64,000 nt of DNA from a virus. The translations under genes were made by a program, and so were the position numbers. The notes under the pieces were generated by a model. The model did no database searches. It was given only the letters and a program-made list of their open reading frames with translations, and was not told where the DNA came from. The DNA lies in IMG/VR virus record IMGVR_UViG_3300015372_000001, positions 1-64,000 of that record, one strand, 5' to 3'. Positions 53,777-62,898 of this stretch are shown piece by piece; the stretch's first letter is position 1; every line of letters begins with the position of its first letter.

Positions 53777-56509
53777 ATGAGGATCATCCCAACCCCGAGA
53801 CCGTTCCGGATCGAGCCGATGCCGTTCTGGCACCTGCATGCCCATAGTCGGTACTCGGTCAACGACGCGATGCCGGCGGTCGAGGCGATGGTGGCCAAGG
53901 TCAAGGCGATGGGCCAGCCCGCGCTCGCGATCACCGACCACGGCAACATGGCCGCGAGCGTGGAGCTGTACCAGGCCTGCGCCAAGGCCGGGATCACCCC
54001 GTTCCCCGGCTCGGAGATGTACTTCGTGCCGGACACCATGGCCTATCGCACCGACCGTGCGGACAAGAGCACCAAGGCGACCATGTACCACCTGGGTGTG
54101 GTGGCCTACACCACCCAGGGCTACGAGCACCTGGTCAACCTCTCGACCGCGAGCCACCGCAACCACTTCCACAAGCCGCTGGTGGACGAGCTGATGCTGG
54201 CCCAGCTGGCCCAGGACGGGAAGACCGCCGGGCTGGCGGTGACCACCGGCTGCTACTACGGCTACCTGGCGCAGACTCTGCTGCACGGCGGGGAGGCGTC
54301 AGCCCTGCGCTTCCTGCACACCCTCTCGGCCTGGTTCCCCGGCTCGGTGTACGTGGAGATCCAGAATCATCACATCACTCATGACGAGGGGACGAACGAC
54401 GATGAACTGGCCGAAGGGCTTGTGGTACTGGCTGACCGAGCTGGTCTTCCCGTGGTCATCACTCAGGACTCGCACTACCTCGAGCCCGGTGACCGAGCCG
54501 ACCACGACGGACTCAAGCGACTCGTTGCCTTTGGACCGGACCCGGACGACGCTGTTTTCCCCGGGGATGGCTTCCACCTGGCGGACGCCGGATGGATCGC
54601 AGATCATCACGGTCAACGTCGCCTTGCGCGAGGGCTGGAAGGACTGGCAGATCTCCTCGGTCGTCACACACTCACGATCCCTGTCCTTGACTCTTACTCG
54701 TACGCCGTCCCCGAAGTCGTAGCCAACCCGTTCCAGGCGCTGGTCAACCGGGTGCACGCCGCGCTCGAGGGGCGGTTCGCACCGAAGGGGATTCCGAACC
54801 GGTACGCGCTTCGGCTGGACGACGAGCTGCAGGTGATCGATGACTCCGGGATGGCCGGCTACCTGATGCTGGTGGCCCAGGTGACGGACTGGTTGCGGGC
54901 CGAAGACATCATGTTCCAGACTAGAGGCTCGGCCGCGGGTTCTCTGGTCTGCTGGCTGCTCGGAATCTCGAACGTCGACCCGATCAAGTGGGACCTGAGG
55001 TTCGAGCGGTTCCTGTCCAAGGATCGGACGAAGCCTCCGGACGTGGACCTGGATGTGGCCCACGACCGACGTGACGAGCTGCTCGCGATGCTGGACACCC
55101 GGTTCACTGCTCATCAGATCGGGTCGTGGGCCACGTACTCGCTGAACGACACCGAGGACGAGTTCGGTGAGACCCAACGAGGCTCTCTACGGGTGCGCTA
55201 CTTCACCGCCGCCAACAAGCGCGACGAGGGCGCATCCTCGTGGTCTGAGGTTCCGGCCGCCGACAAGACCATGCTCGCCTCCCTCTCCGAACGGCACCTG
55301 TACAAGGGTATGGGAACCAACGCCGCCGGGATCGTGCTCACCAGCACCCAGGCGGAGTTCGACCGTCTCGTACCCATGGCATGGATGGCCAATCGCAAGG
55401 CGTACGTCACCCAGTACGGCAAGGACCAGATCGAGGCGCTGGGCCTGGTCAAGCTGGACGCGCTCGGGCTGAAGACGATGACCGTGCTGGACCGCACCAT
55501 GCGGATGCTCGGACTGCCGCTGCACCGGCTCGGTGACATCGAGCACAAGGACGGACCCACCTACCAGCTGATCCGCTCGGGCAACACCGAGGGCATCTTC
55601 CAGCTGGAGGGCCGCTCCACTCAGTGGGGGCTGCGGGACCTGAAGCCGACCACGATCAAGGATGTGATCGCGGCGATGGCGCTGTTCCGTCCCGCGACCA
55701 TGAACACCGGGGCCACCCGGGCCTACATCGCCCGTAAGCACGGCGATGCGGCGATCCCGCTGCGGCACGAGCTGATCGCCAGGGTCACCGCGCCTACCTA
55801 CGGGATCATGCTCTACCAGGAGCAGGTGATCGACATCCTGCGCGGGCTGGGGATGAACGCCGACGACCTGACCGCGTTCCTGAAGGCGGTCAAGGCCTCC
55901 AACAAGGACATCGGTGACGCCGGTGACGTGATCGACTCCTACATGACCTGGATCATCGAGGAGTGCGCCGAGCGCGGGATGAGCCAGGTCGACATCGACT
56001 ACATCGAGGGGTCCATCCATGGGTTCGCCGAGTACGGCTTCAACCGGGCGCACGCCACGGTCTACGGGATCACCGCGTACCGCTGCGCGTACCTGGCGGC
56101 GCGTCATCCGCTGGAGTTCCACACGGCTCTGCTGGGCGTGGCGTCGGGCGGGGACAGCAAGAAGGAGACTCGCTACCTGGCTGCGACCAGGCGTCGCGGG
56201 CTGCGGGTGCTGGCACCGGACATCAACGTCTCGGGTGCCTCCTACACCCTCGATGAACTGCGAGGGGCTGTCCGTCGTGGACTTCAGTCCATTGATGGAG
56301 TCGGGGCCATCAGCGCAGCTCGACTGGAATCCCTCCAGCCCTTCTCCGGGCTGGACGATCTTGTCGAGCGATCCGCCACCGCGAGCGTTTCTGGACACAA
56401 GGAGTACGACGGAACCCCCGAGTCCCTGACCGGGGTGCTCGGCAAGATCTTCGCCTCGGGGGCGCTCACCACCCTCATCCATGGAAGGAACCCGCATGTC
56501 CCACTGTGA
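53777..56509 (+). CDS. dnaE: DNA polymerase III alpha subunit (compact DnaE)
   Basis: PHP HLHAHS..S..D, AITDHG, DSHY; RGSAAGSL, FERFL, PDVDLD, KLD.LGL, GIFQLE, YQEQ, YGFNRAHA; start at 53777 or 53819. Confidence 0.95.
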   Translation: MRIIPTPRPFRIEPMPFWHLHAHSRYSVNDAMPAVEAMVAKVKAMGQPALAITDHGNMAASVELYQACAKAGITPFPGSEMYFVPDTMAYRTDRADKSTKATMYHLGVVAYTTQGYEHLVNLSTASHRNHFHKPLVDELMLAQLAQDGKTAGLAVTTGCYYGYLAQTLLHGGEASALRFLHTLSAWFPGSVYVEIQNHHITHDEGTNDDELAEGLVVLADRAGLPVVITQDSHYLEPGDRADHDGLKRLVAFGPDPDDAVFPGDGFHLADAGWIADHHGQRRLARGLEGLADLLGRHTLTIPVLDSYSYAVPEVVANPFQALVNRVHAALEGRFAPKGIPNRYALRLDDELQVIDDSGMAGYLMLVAQVTDWLRAEDIMFQTRGSAAGSLVCWLLGISNVDPIKWDLRFERFLSKDRTKPPDVDLDVAHDRRDELLAMLDTRFTAHQIGSWATYSLNDTEDEFGETQRGSLRVRYFTAANKRDEGASSWSEVPAADKTMLASLSERHLYKGMGTNAAGIVLTSTQAEFDRLVPMAWMANRKAYVTQYGKDQIEALGLVKLDALGLKTMTVLDRTMRMLGLPLHRLGDIEHKDGPTYQLIRSGNTEGIFQLEGRSTQWGLRDLKPTTIKDVIAAMALFRPATMNTGATRAYIARKHGDAAIPLRHELIARVTAPTYGIMLYQEQVIDILRGLGMNADDLTAFLKAVKASNKDIGDAGDVIDSYMTWIIEECAERGMSQVDIDYIEGSIHGFAEYGFNRAHATVYGITAYRCAYLAARHPLEFHTALLGVASGGDSKKETRYLAATRRRGLRVLAPDINVSGASYTLDELRGAVRRGLQSIDGVGAISAARLESLQPFSGLDDLVERSATASVSGHKEYDGTPESLTGVLGKIFASGALTTLIHGRNPHVPL
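54402..54722 (+). CDS. candidate gene nested in the +1 frame of dnaE
   Basis: GAGGGG SD; its limits coincide with an A/T-rich wobble patch in dnaE. Confidence 0.45.
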   Translation: MNWPKGLWYWLTELVFPWSSLRTRTTSSPVTEPTTTDSSDSLPLDRTRTTLFSPGMASTWRTPDGSQIITVNVALREGWKDWQISSVVTHSRSLSLTLTRTPSPKS

Positions 56510-56804
56510 AGCCATGATCGCGACCAGGACCGGTAGGTACGCCTGCTGCGGAGCCGAGCCGGCCGACCTGCACCACAAGATCACCCGAGCCCGGGGTGGG
56601 CTGATCCTGGACGCGGCGAACGAGACCTACCACCAGATGTACCTGTGCCGAGAGCACCACGCCTACGCCCATGACCGTGAGACCGCGTTCGAGGGCGGGC
56701 TGCTGATCCACGGCTACGTGGTGACCGGGGTGGACGGCCGGCCGCTGTACACCGGGCCCGACGAGTACCTGACCGAGCACTACGGCAAGGGTGCACGAGT
56801 CTGA
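56496..56804 (+). CDS. HNH endonuclease-like protein
   Basis: CEA..C...DLHHK..R.RGG...LCREHH..AH. Confidence 0.75.
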   Translation: MSHCEAMIATRTGRYACCGAEPADLHHKITRARGGLILDAANETYHQMYLCREHHAYAHDRETAFEGGLLIHGYVVTGVDGRPLYTGPDEYLTEHYGKGARV

Positions 56805-56862
56805 GCGTGTCGCCTGGACGAACCAACGTGCGTCGTACTAGTGTGCGTAACAGGAGTGACAG

Positions 56863-57615
56863 ATGAAGTTCTCTGAGACGATCAAGCTGGCCGATCCTGG
56901 GCTGGTGGTGAGCAAGCGGCACGAGGCCTGGATCACCGAGCTCGACCACCACATGTACAGCCAGCGGGCGATCGACTTCGCCCAGGCCCAGCTCGGCTCG
57001 GTGGGCCGGAAGAGGTCGGGCACGATCAGCGCCTCGTCCCTGGGCGAGTGCGGCCGGTACCAGCAGTTCGTCTACCTGGGGATGCCCAAGCTGCTCCCCG
57101 ATGCGAAGAACGCCGCGAAGATGGCCAACGGGTCGTTCATGCACCTGAGGTGGCAGATGGAGGGGTTGACCGAGGGCTGGCTGTCCCATGCCGAGGTGCC
57201 CTTGGACAAGAACGTCTTCGGGCTGAGCGGGACCATGGACGGGCTGCTGTACGACGACTCGATCCTGGAGCTGAAGAGCATCAACACCAACGGATTCAGT
57301 CGTGTGGTGACCTTCGGCCCACTGATCCCGCACCTGTTCCAGATGGCCACCTACATGATGTGCAGCGGCATCGACAAGGGCGTCTTCATCTACGAGAACA
57401 AGGACAACCAGGAGTACAAGGAGATCGTGGTCACCCCCGACGACGTGGACTTCGAGGAGACCAGGATCAGGGCCGAGTGGATGTGGGGTTCCACGGTCAC
57501 CAAGAAGCTGCACGAGCCGCTGGGCAAGTGCATCGACCGAGAAGGCTGGGAGTACAACTCGTGCCCGTTCCGTGACCGGTGCCTGTCGATCACGAGCTGG
57601 GAGGAGGTCGGGTGA
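56863..57615 (+). CDS. Cas4-like PD-(D/E)XK exonuclease
   Basis: SASSLGECGR, G...H, GTMDG...LELKS, Q...YM, C-terminal C..CPF...C. Confidence 0.85.
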   Translation: MKFSETIKLADPGLVVSKRHEAWITELDHHMYSQRAIDFAQAQLGSVGRKRSGTISASSLGECGRYQQFVYLGMPKLLPDAKNAAKMANGSFMHLRWQMEGLTEGWLSHAEVPLDKNVFGLSGTMDGLLYDDSILELKSINTNGFSRVVTFGPLIPHLFQMATYMMCSGIDKGVFIYENKDNQEYKEIVVTPDDVDFEETRIRAEWMWGSTVTKKLHEPLGKCIDREGWEYNSCPFRDRCLSITSWEEVG

Positions 57616-57818
57616 ACAGCGTTGTCAACATCGTCTGGTGCCCGTACTGCGAGGAGCCCATCGACTACCCCTGTCTGACCGTGAGCGGGAAGAAGAGCCG
57701 GGTCCTGCACCAGGCTCGCCTGATTGCGTCCGGGGGACCGATCTGCACCGAGTGCGGCAACGACCTGGCGGCCGAGGGCCAGCAGCTGTGCCTGGAGTGC
57801 CTGGAGGCTACGTCGTGA
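57612..57818 (+). CDS. Zn-finger protein
   Basis: CPYC..PC..H..R; CTEC..CLEC. Confidence 0.65.
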   Translation: MNSVVNIVWCPYCEEPIDYPCLTVSGKKSRVLHQARLIASGGPICTECGNDLAAEGQQLCLECLEATS

Positions 57819-57982
57819 AGACGATCAGGCTCGAGACCGTCCAGGAGATCTGCAAGCTGCTGGAGATCGACCCCGAGGACACCCTGGAGATCTACATCGG
57901 GGTGCACGAGGTGACGGTGACCAGGCGGCACGGGTTCATCAGCCGGAAGATCATCGCCGACGATGCCGAGGAGTCGGAGTGA
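57815..57982 (+). CDS. hypothetical protein
   Basis: GGAGG SD, GTGA coupling. Confidence 0.55.
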   Translation: MKTIRLETVQEICKLLEIDPEDTLEIYIGVHEVTVTRRHGFISRKIIADDAEESE

Positions 57983-58398
57983 GGATTGAGCCGTCCCGAC
58001 AGCCGAGCGTCCGTGCGCCGGCCAAGTTCGGGCACAAGCTGACCGATGTCGAGGTGCTCTCCGGACTGCCCGATGTCGAGGACCTGCACGACGAGCTGCT
58101 GGGCTACGCCAACATCATCCTGGGCCGGGCAGACCCGCCGGCCGACATGGACTCGGTGCTGGACCTGATGGAGATCGCCGCGGCCTACTACGCGCGGGCC
58201 AAGGAGATCGACATGCTGATCCACTGGGAGGAGCAGAACCGGCGCGTGATCAGGGGCAGCCCGTACTACAAGTTCCGCACCGGACAACTGAGGAGCTTCA
58301 TCGAGATGGCCAAGATGATGGCCGACCTGGGGAGCAGGCGACTGACCCAGGAGCGGCTGTTGTTCGAGGCAAGGTACGACGCGAACGGAGATGTGTGA
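57979..58398 (+). CDS. conserved helical phage protein
   Basis: LME.A.AYYARA.EI...YYKFRTG.LRSF. Confidence 0.7.
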   Translation: MRIEPSRQPSVRAPAKFGHKLTDVEVLSGLPDVEDLHDELLGYANIILGRADPPADMDSVLDLMEIAAAYYARAKEIDMLIHWEEQNRRVIRGSPYYKFRTGQLRSFIEMAKMMADLGSRRLTQERLLFEARYDANGDV

Positions 58399-58883
58399 TG
58401 GGCACCAAGCGGGCCAGGAGCCAGCGCTGGATGGAGGGTGCGGAGGTGGCGCGGGTCGGGACCGCAGGCCATCAGGCGATGTACCAGATGGAGCGGTTGA
58501 TCCAGGGTCAGCACCCGGAGAAGAACCCGATCAGGCAGCTGGTGCTGATGAAGAAGTACGGCCGCAGTCTGATGGAGCTGGTCTTCATGATGACCAAGGT
58601 GCAGAAGGTGATGCGCGAGCAGATGATGATGGACACGCCGAACCAGGGTCTGCCCTGGACCGAGCAGGAGGATGAGCTGGTGGTTCGGGACCGGGCCGAG
58701 GGGATGGAGATCCACGAGATCGCCCGGTCCTTGGGCAGGACGCCGGCCGCGATCGCGACCAGGCTGAGCGTGCTGATCGGAGTGCCGAGGTCGGAGATCG
58801 TGACCGCCTACATCGACGGCACGGTGGACACCGAGCGGGTGCGTGGGATCTTCCACGGTGTGGCCAAGCGGGTGGCGGGGTGA
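58395..58883 (+). CDS. Myb/HTH DNA-binding protein
   Basis: G.PWTEQED..L...G..I.EIA..LGRTP.AI..RL. Confidence 0.75.
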   Translation: MMGTKRARSQRWMEGAEVARVGTAGHQAMYQMERLIQGQHPEKNPIRQLVLMKKYGRSLMELVFMMTKVQKVMREQMMMDTPNQGLPWTEQEDELVVRDRAEGMEIHEIARSLGRTPAAIATRLSVLIGVPRSEIVTAYIDGTVDTERVRGIFHGVAKRVAG

Positions 58884-59095
58884 CCGAGAAGATCCCGGAC
58901 GAGGTGATCAAGCAGGCCCTGGCCCAGGCGGCGTGGGACAAGAGGAAGTCCCTGACCCAGTACCGGATCGCGATCGAGACCGCTCATCAGCACGGCTGGG
59001 GGCACACCAGAATCGCACGAGTGTGCGGGGTGAGTGAGGCCGCCATCCGCAACTACCTGCGGCGATCCAAGAGTAAGGCCAAGGGGCGGAGATAG
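58880..59095 (+). CDS. HTH DNA-binding protein
   Basis: HTRIARVCGVSEAAIRNYL. Confidence 0.75.
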   Translation: MTEKIPDEVIKQALAQAAWDKRKSLTQYRIAIETAHQHGWGHTRIARVCGVSEAAIRNYLRRSKSKAKGRR

Positions 59096-59105
59096 GTGGT
59101 TACTG

Positions 59106-59858
59106 ATGGTTGACATAACGTTGCATGCGATGCACTGTTCGATGCAGTTCGCGGACTCGGCCAAGCAGAAGCAGGCCGATGCAGCGAAGATCTTCGGCCG
59201 GGCCAAGAGCAGGGGCGTGCACTGGATCACCGGCACCGAGGCGGGGATGGCGAAGAGCGCCGACCTGCGCAAGGCACTGGGCAAGGCAGCCGACGCCACC
59301 GACTACCGGTTCACCGTGCAGAGCGATGTCTGGATCGCGGTCAGGAAGGACCTGATCCTGCCGGGGACCTGGAAGCGAGGGTTCATCCAGACCCTGGAGG
59401 CGAGCACCGGGAGCCAGACCTTCTCTGACCGGGGGATCCTGTGGGCCCAGTTCGACACCGCCGAGGTTGGGCTGGTGAGCGTGGGGTGCAGCCACTACAT
59501 GACCAACGGCCGGAAGCCGGGGGACGAGTACTACCAGGCCAACACCAAGCTGACCAGGGCGATCGGGGAGTGGGGCAAGGTGCACGGGAAGGGCGCGCAG
59601 CTGTGCTTCTACGGAGGCGATGCCAACATCGTGGACCGGACCGACGACGTGTTCCGGGGCAAGCCGTTCACCACCCTGGCCGATGAGCTGAAGGACTGGG
59701 AGAACTCGGGGCACGGGAGCATCGACATCATCGCCTCCTATGACGCCGACAGGCGGGTCAAGGGCAAGTACTGGCGGGTGCTGGACGACTCCGAGTTCCA
59801 CCTGAACACCGACCACTACGCCTGCGAGGGCGGGTTCACGGTGACCAGGAAGACGTGA
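59106..59858 (+). CDS. endonuclease/exonuclease/phosphatase (EEP)-family protein
   Basis: GTEA, SH, GGDAN, IDII, TDH motifs. Confidence 0.7.
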   Translation: MVDITLHAMHCSMQFADSAKQKQADAAKIFGRAKSRGVHWITGTEAGMAKSADLRKALGKAADATDYRFTVQSDVWIAVRKDLILPGTWKRGFIQTLEASTGSQTFSDRGILWAQFDTAEVGLVSVGCSHYMTNGRKPGDEYYQANTKLTRAIGEWGKVHGKGAQLCFYGGDANIVDRTDDVFRGKPFTTLADELKDWENSGHGSIDIIASYDADRRVKGKYWRVLDDSEFHLNTDHYACEGGFTVTRKT

Positions 59859-59874
59859 TCGCTAGCCTGAGCAC

Positions 59875-60465
59875 ATGGCCAAGGTGCGGGCTCACTGGGC
59901 GGCGATCGGGGACTCGCTGACCTTCGGCTGGGGCTCCACCGACCCCGCCACCAAGGCGTACCCGGTGATCGCGGGGCTGCCCAGGATCGGCAAGCCGGGG
60001 CAGTGCCTGACCATCCCAGGCCCCTGGCCGGCGCTGATCGACACCTTCGCCAACGAGGTGAACAACCTGAAGGCCGACTTCGGGGTGAACGCGATCGTGG
60101 TGGAGATCGGGCTGAACGACCTGCGGCGCAGGGACAAGCTCTACGACGACATGCTGGCCGGGTACCAGCACCTGGCGAAGGTGGGGGACAACCACCATGT
60201 GAAGGTGGTGTTCTCCACGATCACGCCCTGGGGAGCAGGCAGCACCACGGCGACAGCGCTCAAGCAGCAGAACCGGGCTCAGCTCAACCACTGGGTGCGG
60301 ACCACGGTGGGGTTCGTGGAGTACGCGATCCCGATGGGCAACGCCACGTTGAGGCCCGAGTTCGACAGCGGCGACCACACCCATCCCAGTGATGCCGGGC
60401 ATGCCCGGATGGGCGGGGTGCTGGCTGCCTACGCGGCCCTGCACCAGGAGATCAAGAAGCCCTGA
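59875..60465 (+). CDS. SGNH/GDSL hydrolase
   Basis: GDSLTFG, GLND, DHTHP..AGH. Confidence 0.9.
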   Translation: MAKVRAHWAAIGDSLTFGWGSTDPATKAYPVIAGLPRIGKPGQCLTIPGPWPALIDTFANEVNNLKADFGVNAIVVEIGLNDLRRRDKLYDDMLAGYQHLAKVGDNHHVKVVFSTITPWGAGSTTATALKQQNRAQLNHWVRTTVGFVEYAIPMGNATLRPEFDSGDHTHPSDAGHARMGGVLAAYAALHQEIKKP

Positions 60466-60468
60466 TAG

Positions 60469-60559
60469 CGTCAGACGTTTGCTGATAACGTCTGACGTTA
60501 TGGCGAGAAAACCCCTGGATACGTCAGACGAAACCCTCCGACTGACCATTCGTCTGACG
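60469..60559. promoter_or_regulatory. four palindromic CGTCWGACG boxes (putative operator)
   Basis: Copies start at 60469, 60489, 60522 and 60551. Confidence 0.7.
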
Positions 60560-60835
60560 AAACAGCAACTGGCGCTGTTGGACTCCCAGCGTGGAGGCGC
60601 GTCCCGGAGTTCCTACGTGCGCGAGCTGATCGAGCACGGGATGGCGCAGAAGACCCTGCGTGACATTCCGCCCATGCAACCGACCCGAGTCGGGGAGCGG
60701 ATGATCGTGGTCGAGCCCTTGGAACCGGTGCGGGAGCATCTGCACCGGTACATCAAGGGCGACGAAGCTGGGTACGTCCGTGGCACCAAGGTCTACCTCT
60801 ACACCTGCGAGTGCGGGGAGACCGAGGTTCGATGA
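60500..60835 (+). CDS. ribbon-helix-helix DNA-binding protein
   Basis: LTIRLT..QLA.LD..RG..SRS.YVRELI; C-terminal H.H..C.CG. Confidence 0.75.
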   Translation: MARKPLDTSDETLRLTIRLTKQQLALLDSQRGGASRSSYVRELIEHGMAQKTLRDIPPMQPTRVGERMIVVEPLEPVREHLHRYIKGDEAGYVRGTKVYLYTCECGETEVR

Positions 60836-60845
60836 GGGAGGACCG

Positions 60846-60938
60846 ATGAGCCGAGAAGTCTTCCAGTGGATCGTGGTGATCGAGCTGTTCGTGATCATCC
60901 TGCTGCTGGCCCTGCCCCTGCGTGGGAGGGTGCGATGA
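60846..60938 (+). CDS. 30-aa membrane peptide (not in ORF track)
   Basis: GGAGG SD; FQWIVVIELFVIILLLAL. Confidence 0.55.
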   Translation: MSREVFQWIVVIELFVIILLLALPLRGRVR

Positions 60939-60945
60939 TGAGCCT

Positions 60946-61899
60946 GTGTCAGGCCATGCGTCCTTCACTCACATCCACTGCTCCTCGCGGTTCGACCGGA
61001 GTGCGGCTGCGCTCGAGGTAGACCTCGACCGGTGGATGGAGAACAGCTCGCTGATCACCCTGACCGAGGTGGCGTCATCAGACCGGGCCTCAAAGCTGCG
61101 AGAGCAGGGCTGGGGTCACTTCGTGGCCTCGGAGGGCGGCCGCTCCGACGATGCCGCGATCGCCTGGGAGAAGAAGACCTGGCGTGACCAGGAGCACTGG
61201 GCCAAGAAGCTGCACGGCAGCTTCGGCAGCGGGGCGTTGCTGGTCTCGGGGCTGTGGTGCTCCGATGTCCTGCTCAAGCACGTCGGAACCGGGCAGACCC
61301 TGATCGTCAGCGTCTCCCACATGCCCGCGCATGTGAACGGGACCGAGGGGTTCTCCAACATCCGCAACGAGCCGGCCGCGATCTGGGCTGCCCGCAAGCA
61401 GGCCTACCAGCAGGGGATGGACCAGTGGTCCACCCATGTCCAGGACATCTGCCGGCGGAAGAAGCCGGATGCGCTGATGGTGGTGGGCGACTTCAACGTC
61501 AACCTCAAGGACGACTGGTTCCGGGCCTACATGAAGCAGCACTGGAAGCCGCTGGACCTGACCTTGGCCTGGAAGCACTTCCCGACCGAGGGCGGAACCC
61601 TGGGTGGGAACCGGATCATCGACGGCACCTACTACCACGGGATGTCCACCGATGGCGCGGTCCTGCAGCCGCGGGTGAACAGTAGCGACCACCGCCCCTA
61701 CAAGGAGTCCTTCGCCCTGGGCGCGACCGAGCCGGTCGAGTTCTACGACCCGGCCACCGGCCACATCGGTCCGGGCGTGGAGTGGTGGGGCTTCGGCGAC
61801 TACGCCTACGACGAGATGTTCGAGAAGCAGACCGTCGATGACGACGGGAACGTGGTCGTGTCCTTCGACTTCTCCGGCCTCGACCCGAACTTCTTCTAA
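60946..61899 (+). CDS. EEP-family protein with acidic C-terminal tail
   Basis: LTEV, SH.P, GDFNV, IID, SDHRP. Confidence 0.8.
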   Translation: MSGHASFTHIHCSSRFDRSAAALEVDLDRWMENSSLITLTEVASSDRASKLREQGWGHFVASEGGRSDDAAIAWEKKTWRDQEHWAKKLHGSFGSGALLVSGLWCSDVLLKHVGTGQTLIVSVSHMPAHVNGTEGFSNIRNEPAAIWAARKQAYQQGMDQWSTHVQDICRRKKPDALMVVGDFNVNLKDDWFRAYMKQHWKPLDLTLAWKHFPTEGGTLGGNRIIDGTYYHGMSTDGAVLQPRVNSSDHRPYKESFALGATEPVEFYDPATGHIGPGVEWWGFGDYAYDEMFEKQTVDDDGNVVVSFDFSGLDPNFF

Positions 61900-61907
61900 G
61901 GAGCGAG

Positions 61908-62405
61908 ATGAGCGTCCTGATCGGGATCGACCTGGGGGTGCGCAAGATCGCGCTGGCGGTGTTCATCGAGAACTCGCTGGCGGTCACCCACGCCTACGAG
62001 TCGAACGCCAAGGACCGCGATGTCCAGCTGATGCAGCTGGGCCACTACGCCCTGGATGTGGTCCAGCTCCATGCTGCGGATTCGGTCTGGACCGAGGACG
62101 TGCTGATGGGCAACAACCGCAAGTACTCGCTGGCCCTGGCCGAGACCAAGGGCGCGGTGCTGGGCTCGCTGTCCCACCTGCGACCGGCCTGCGACATCCG
62201 TACGGTCAACGTCAAGGCCTGGAAGAAGGAGGTCGTCGGGAACGGAAACGCCGGCAAGGAACAGGTGAGTAACTACATCGTTGCCACTCACCCTGCGTAT
62301 GCTGCGGTCTGTGACGGGGACCAGGACCGCATCGACGCCACCTGTGTTGCCCTCTACGGACTCCGAATCACCTCCCGAGTACGAGAGCTGCGACTCGCCG
62401 AGTAG
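61908..62405 (+). CDS. RuvC-like Holliday junction resolvase
   Basis: IGIDLG, E, WKK.V.GNGNA.K, D..DA..VA. Confidence 0.85.
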   Translation: MSVLIGIDLGVRKIALAVFIENSLAVTHAYESNAKDRDVQLMQLGHYALDVVQLHAADSVWTEDVLMGNNRKYSLALAETKGAVLGSLSHLRPACDIRTVNVKAWKKEVVGNGNAGKEQVSNYIVATHPAYAAVCDGDQDRIDATCVALYGLRITSRVRELRLAE

Positions 62406-62898
62406 CTACCTGCTGGACGACTGGCTGGATCTGACCGGGCAGCGCATCCCCGACTCCGATGACCAGCGGTGGGTCAGCTACAACGTCTCCGACCTCTACC
62501 CGGAGTGGCAGGACCAGGCGCACTGCGCGGGGGTCGGGGTGCAGTACTACTTCGGCGAGTCGATCCAGCAGGTGCGTCGCGCGTCCAAGCTGTGCGATGT
62601 CTGCCCGGTCTTCTACGACTGCCTGTTCCACGCCCTGGTCAACCGCGAGGGCTACGGGGTCTGGGCCGGCACATCGGGCCGGATGAGACGGCGGATCTTC
62701 AAGATGGTGGACACTGGTCAAACCACTGTGGCAGAGGTGATGGAGGTGTTCCGCCGTGGCGAAGGGGACAGGTACCGGATCGGGGCCCAAGAAGCAGGTC
62801 AGTACCGTGAGCTCGCTCCGGAGCCCGTCGCGCGAGGAGCACTGGACGAGGGCACGAGAGGCCTTCGACCTGAGGCTGGAGGGGCACTCGCCCTCTGA
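62299..62898 (+). CDS. whiB: WhiB-family transcription factor
   Basis: W...A.C...C..CPV..C...A...GVWAG; the start must lie inside the RuvC-like gene. Confidence 0.85.
   Translation: MLRSVTGTRTASTPPVLPSTDSESPPEYESCDSPSSYLLDDWLDLTGQRIPDSDDQRWVSYNVSDLYPEWQDQAHCAGVGVQYYFGESIQQVRRASKLCDVCPVFYDCLFHALVNREGYGVWAGTSGRMRRRIFKMVDTGQTTVAEVMEVFRRGEGDRYRIGAQEAGQYRELAPEPVARGALDEGTRGLRPEAGGALAL

Noticed and set aside
56863-57615. Cas4-like gene as part of a CRISPR system
   Set aside because: No repeat-spacer array or other cas genes seen; stand-alone Cas4-like nucleases are common in phage replication modules
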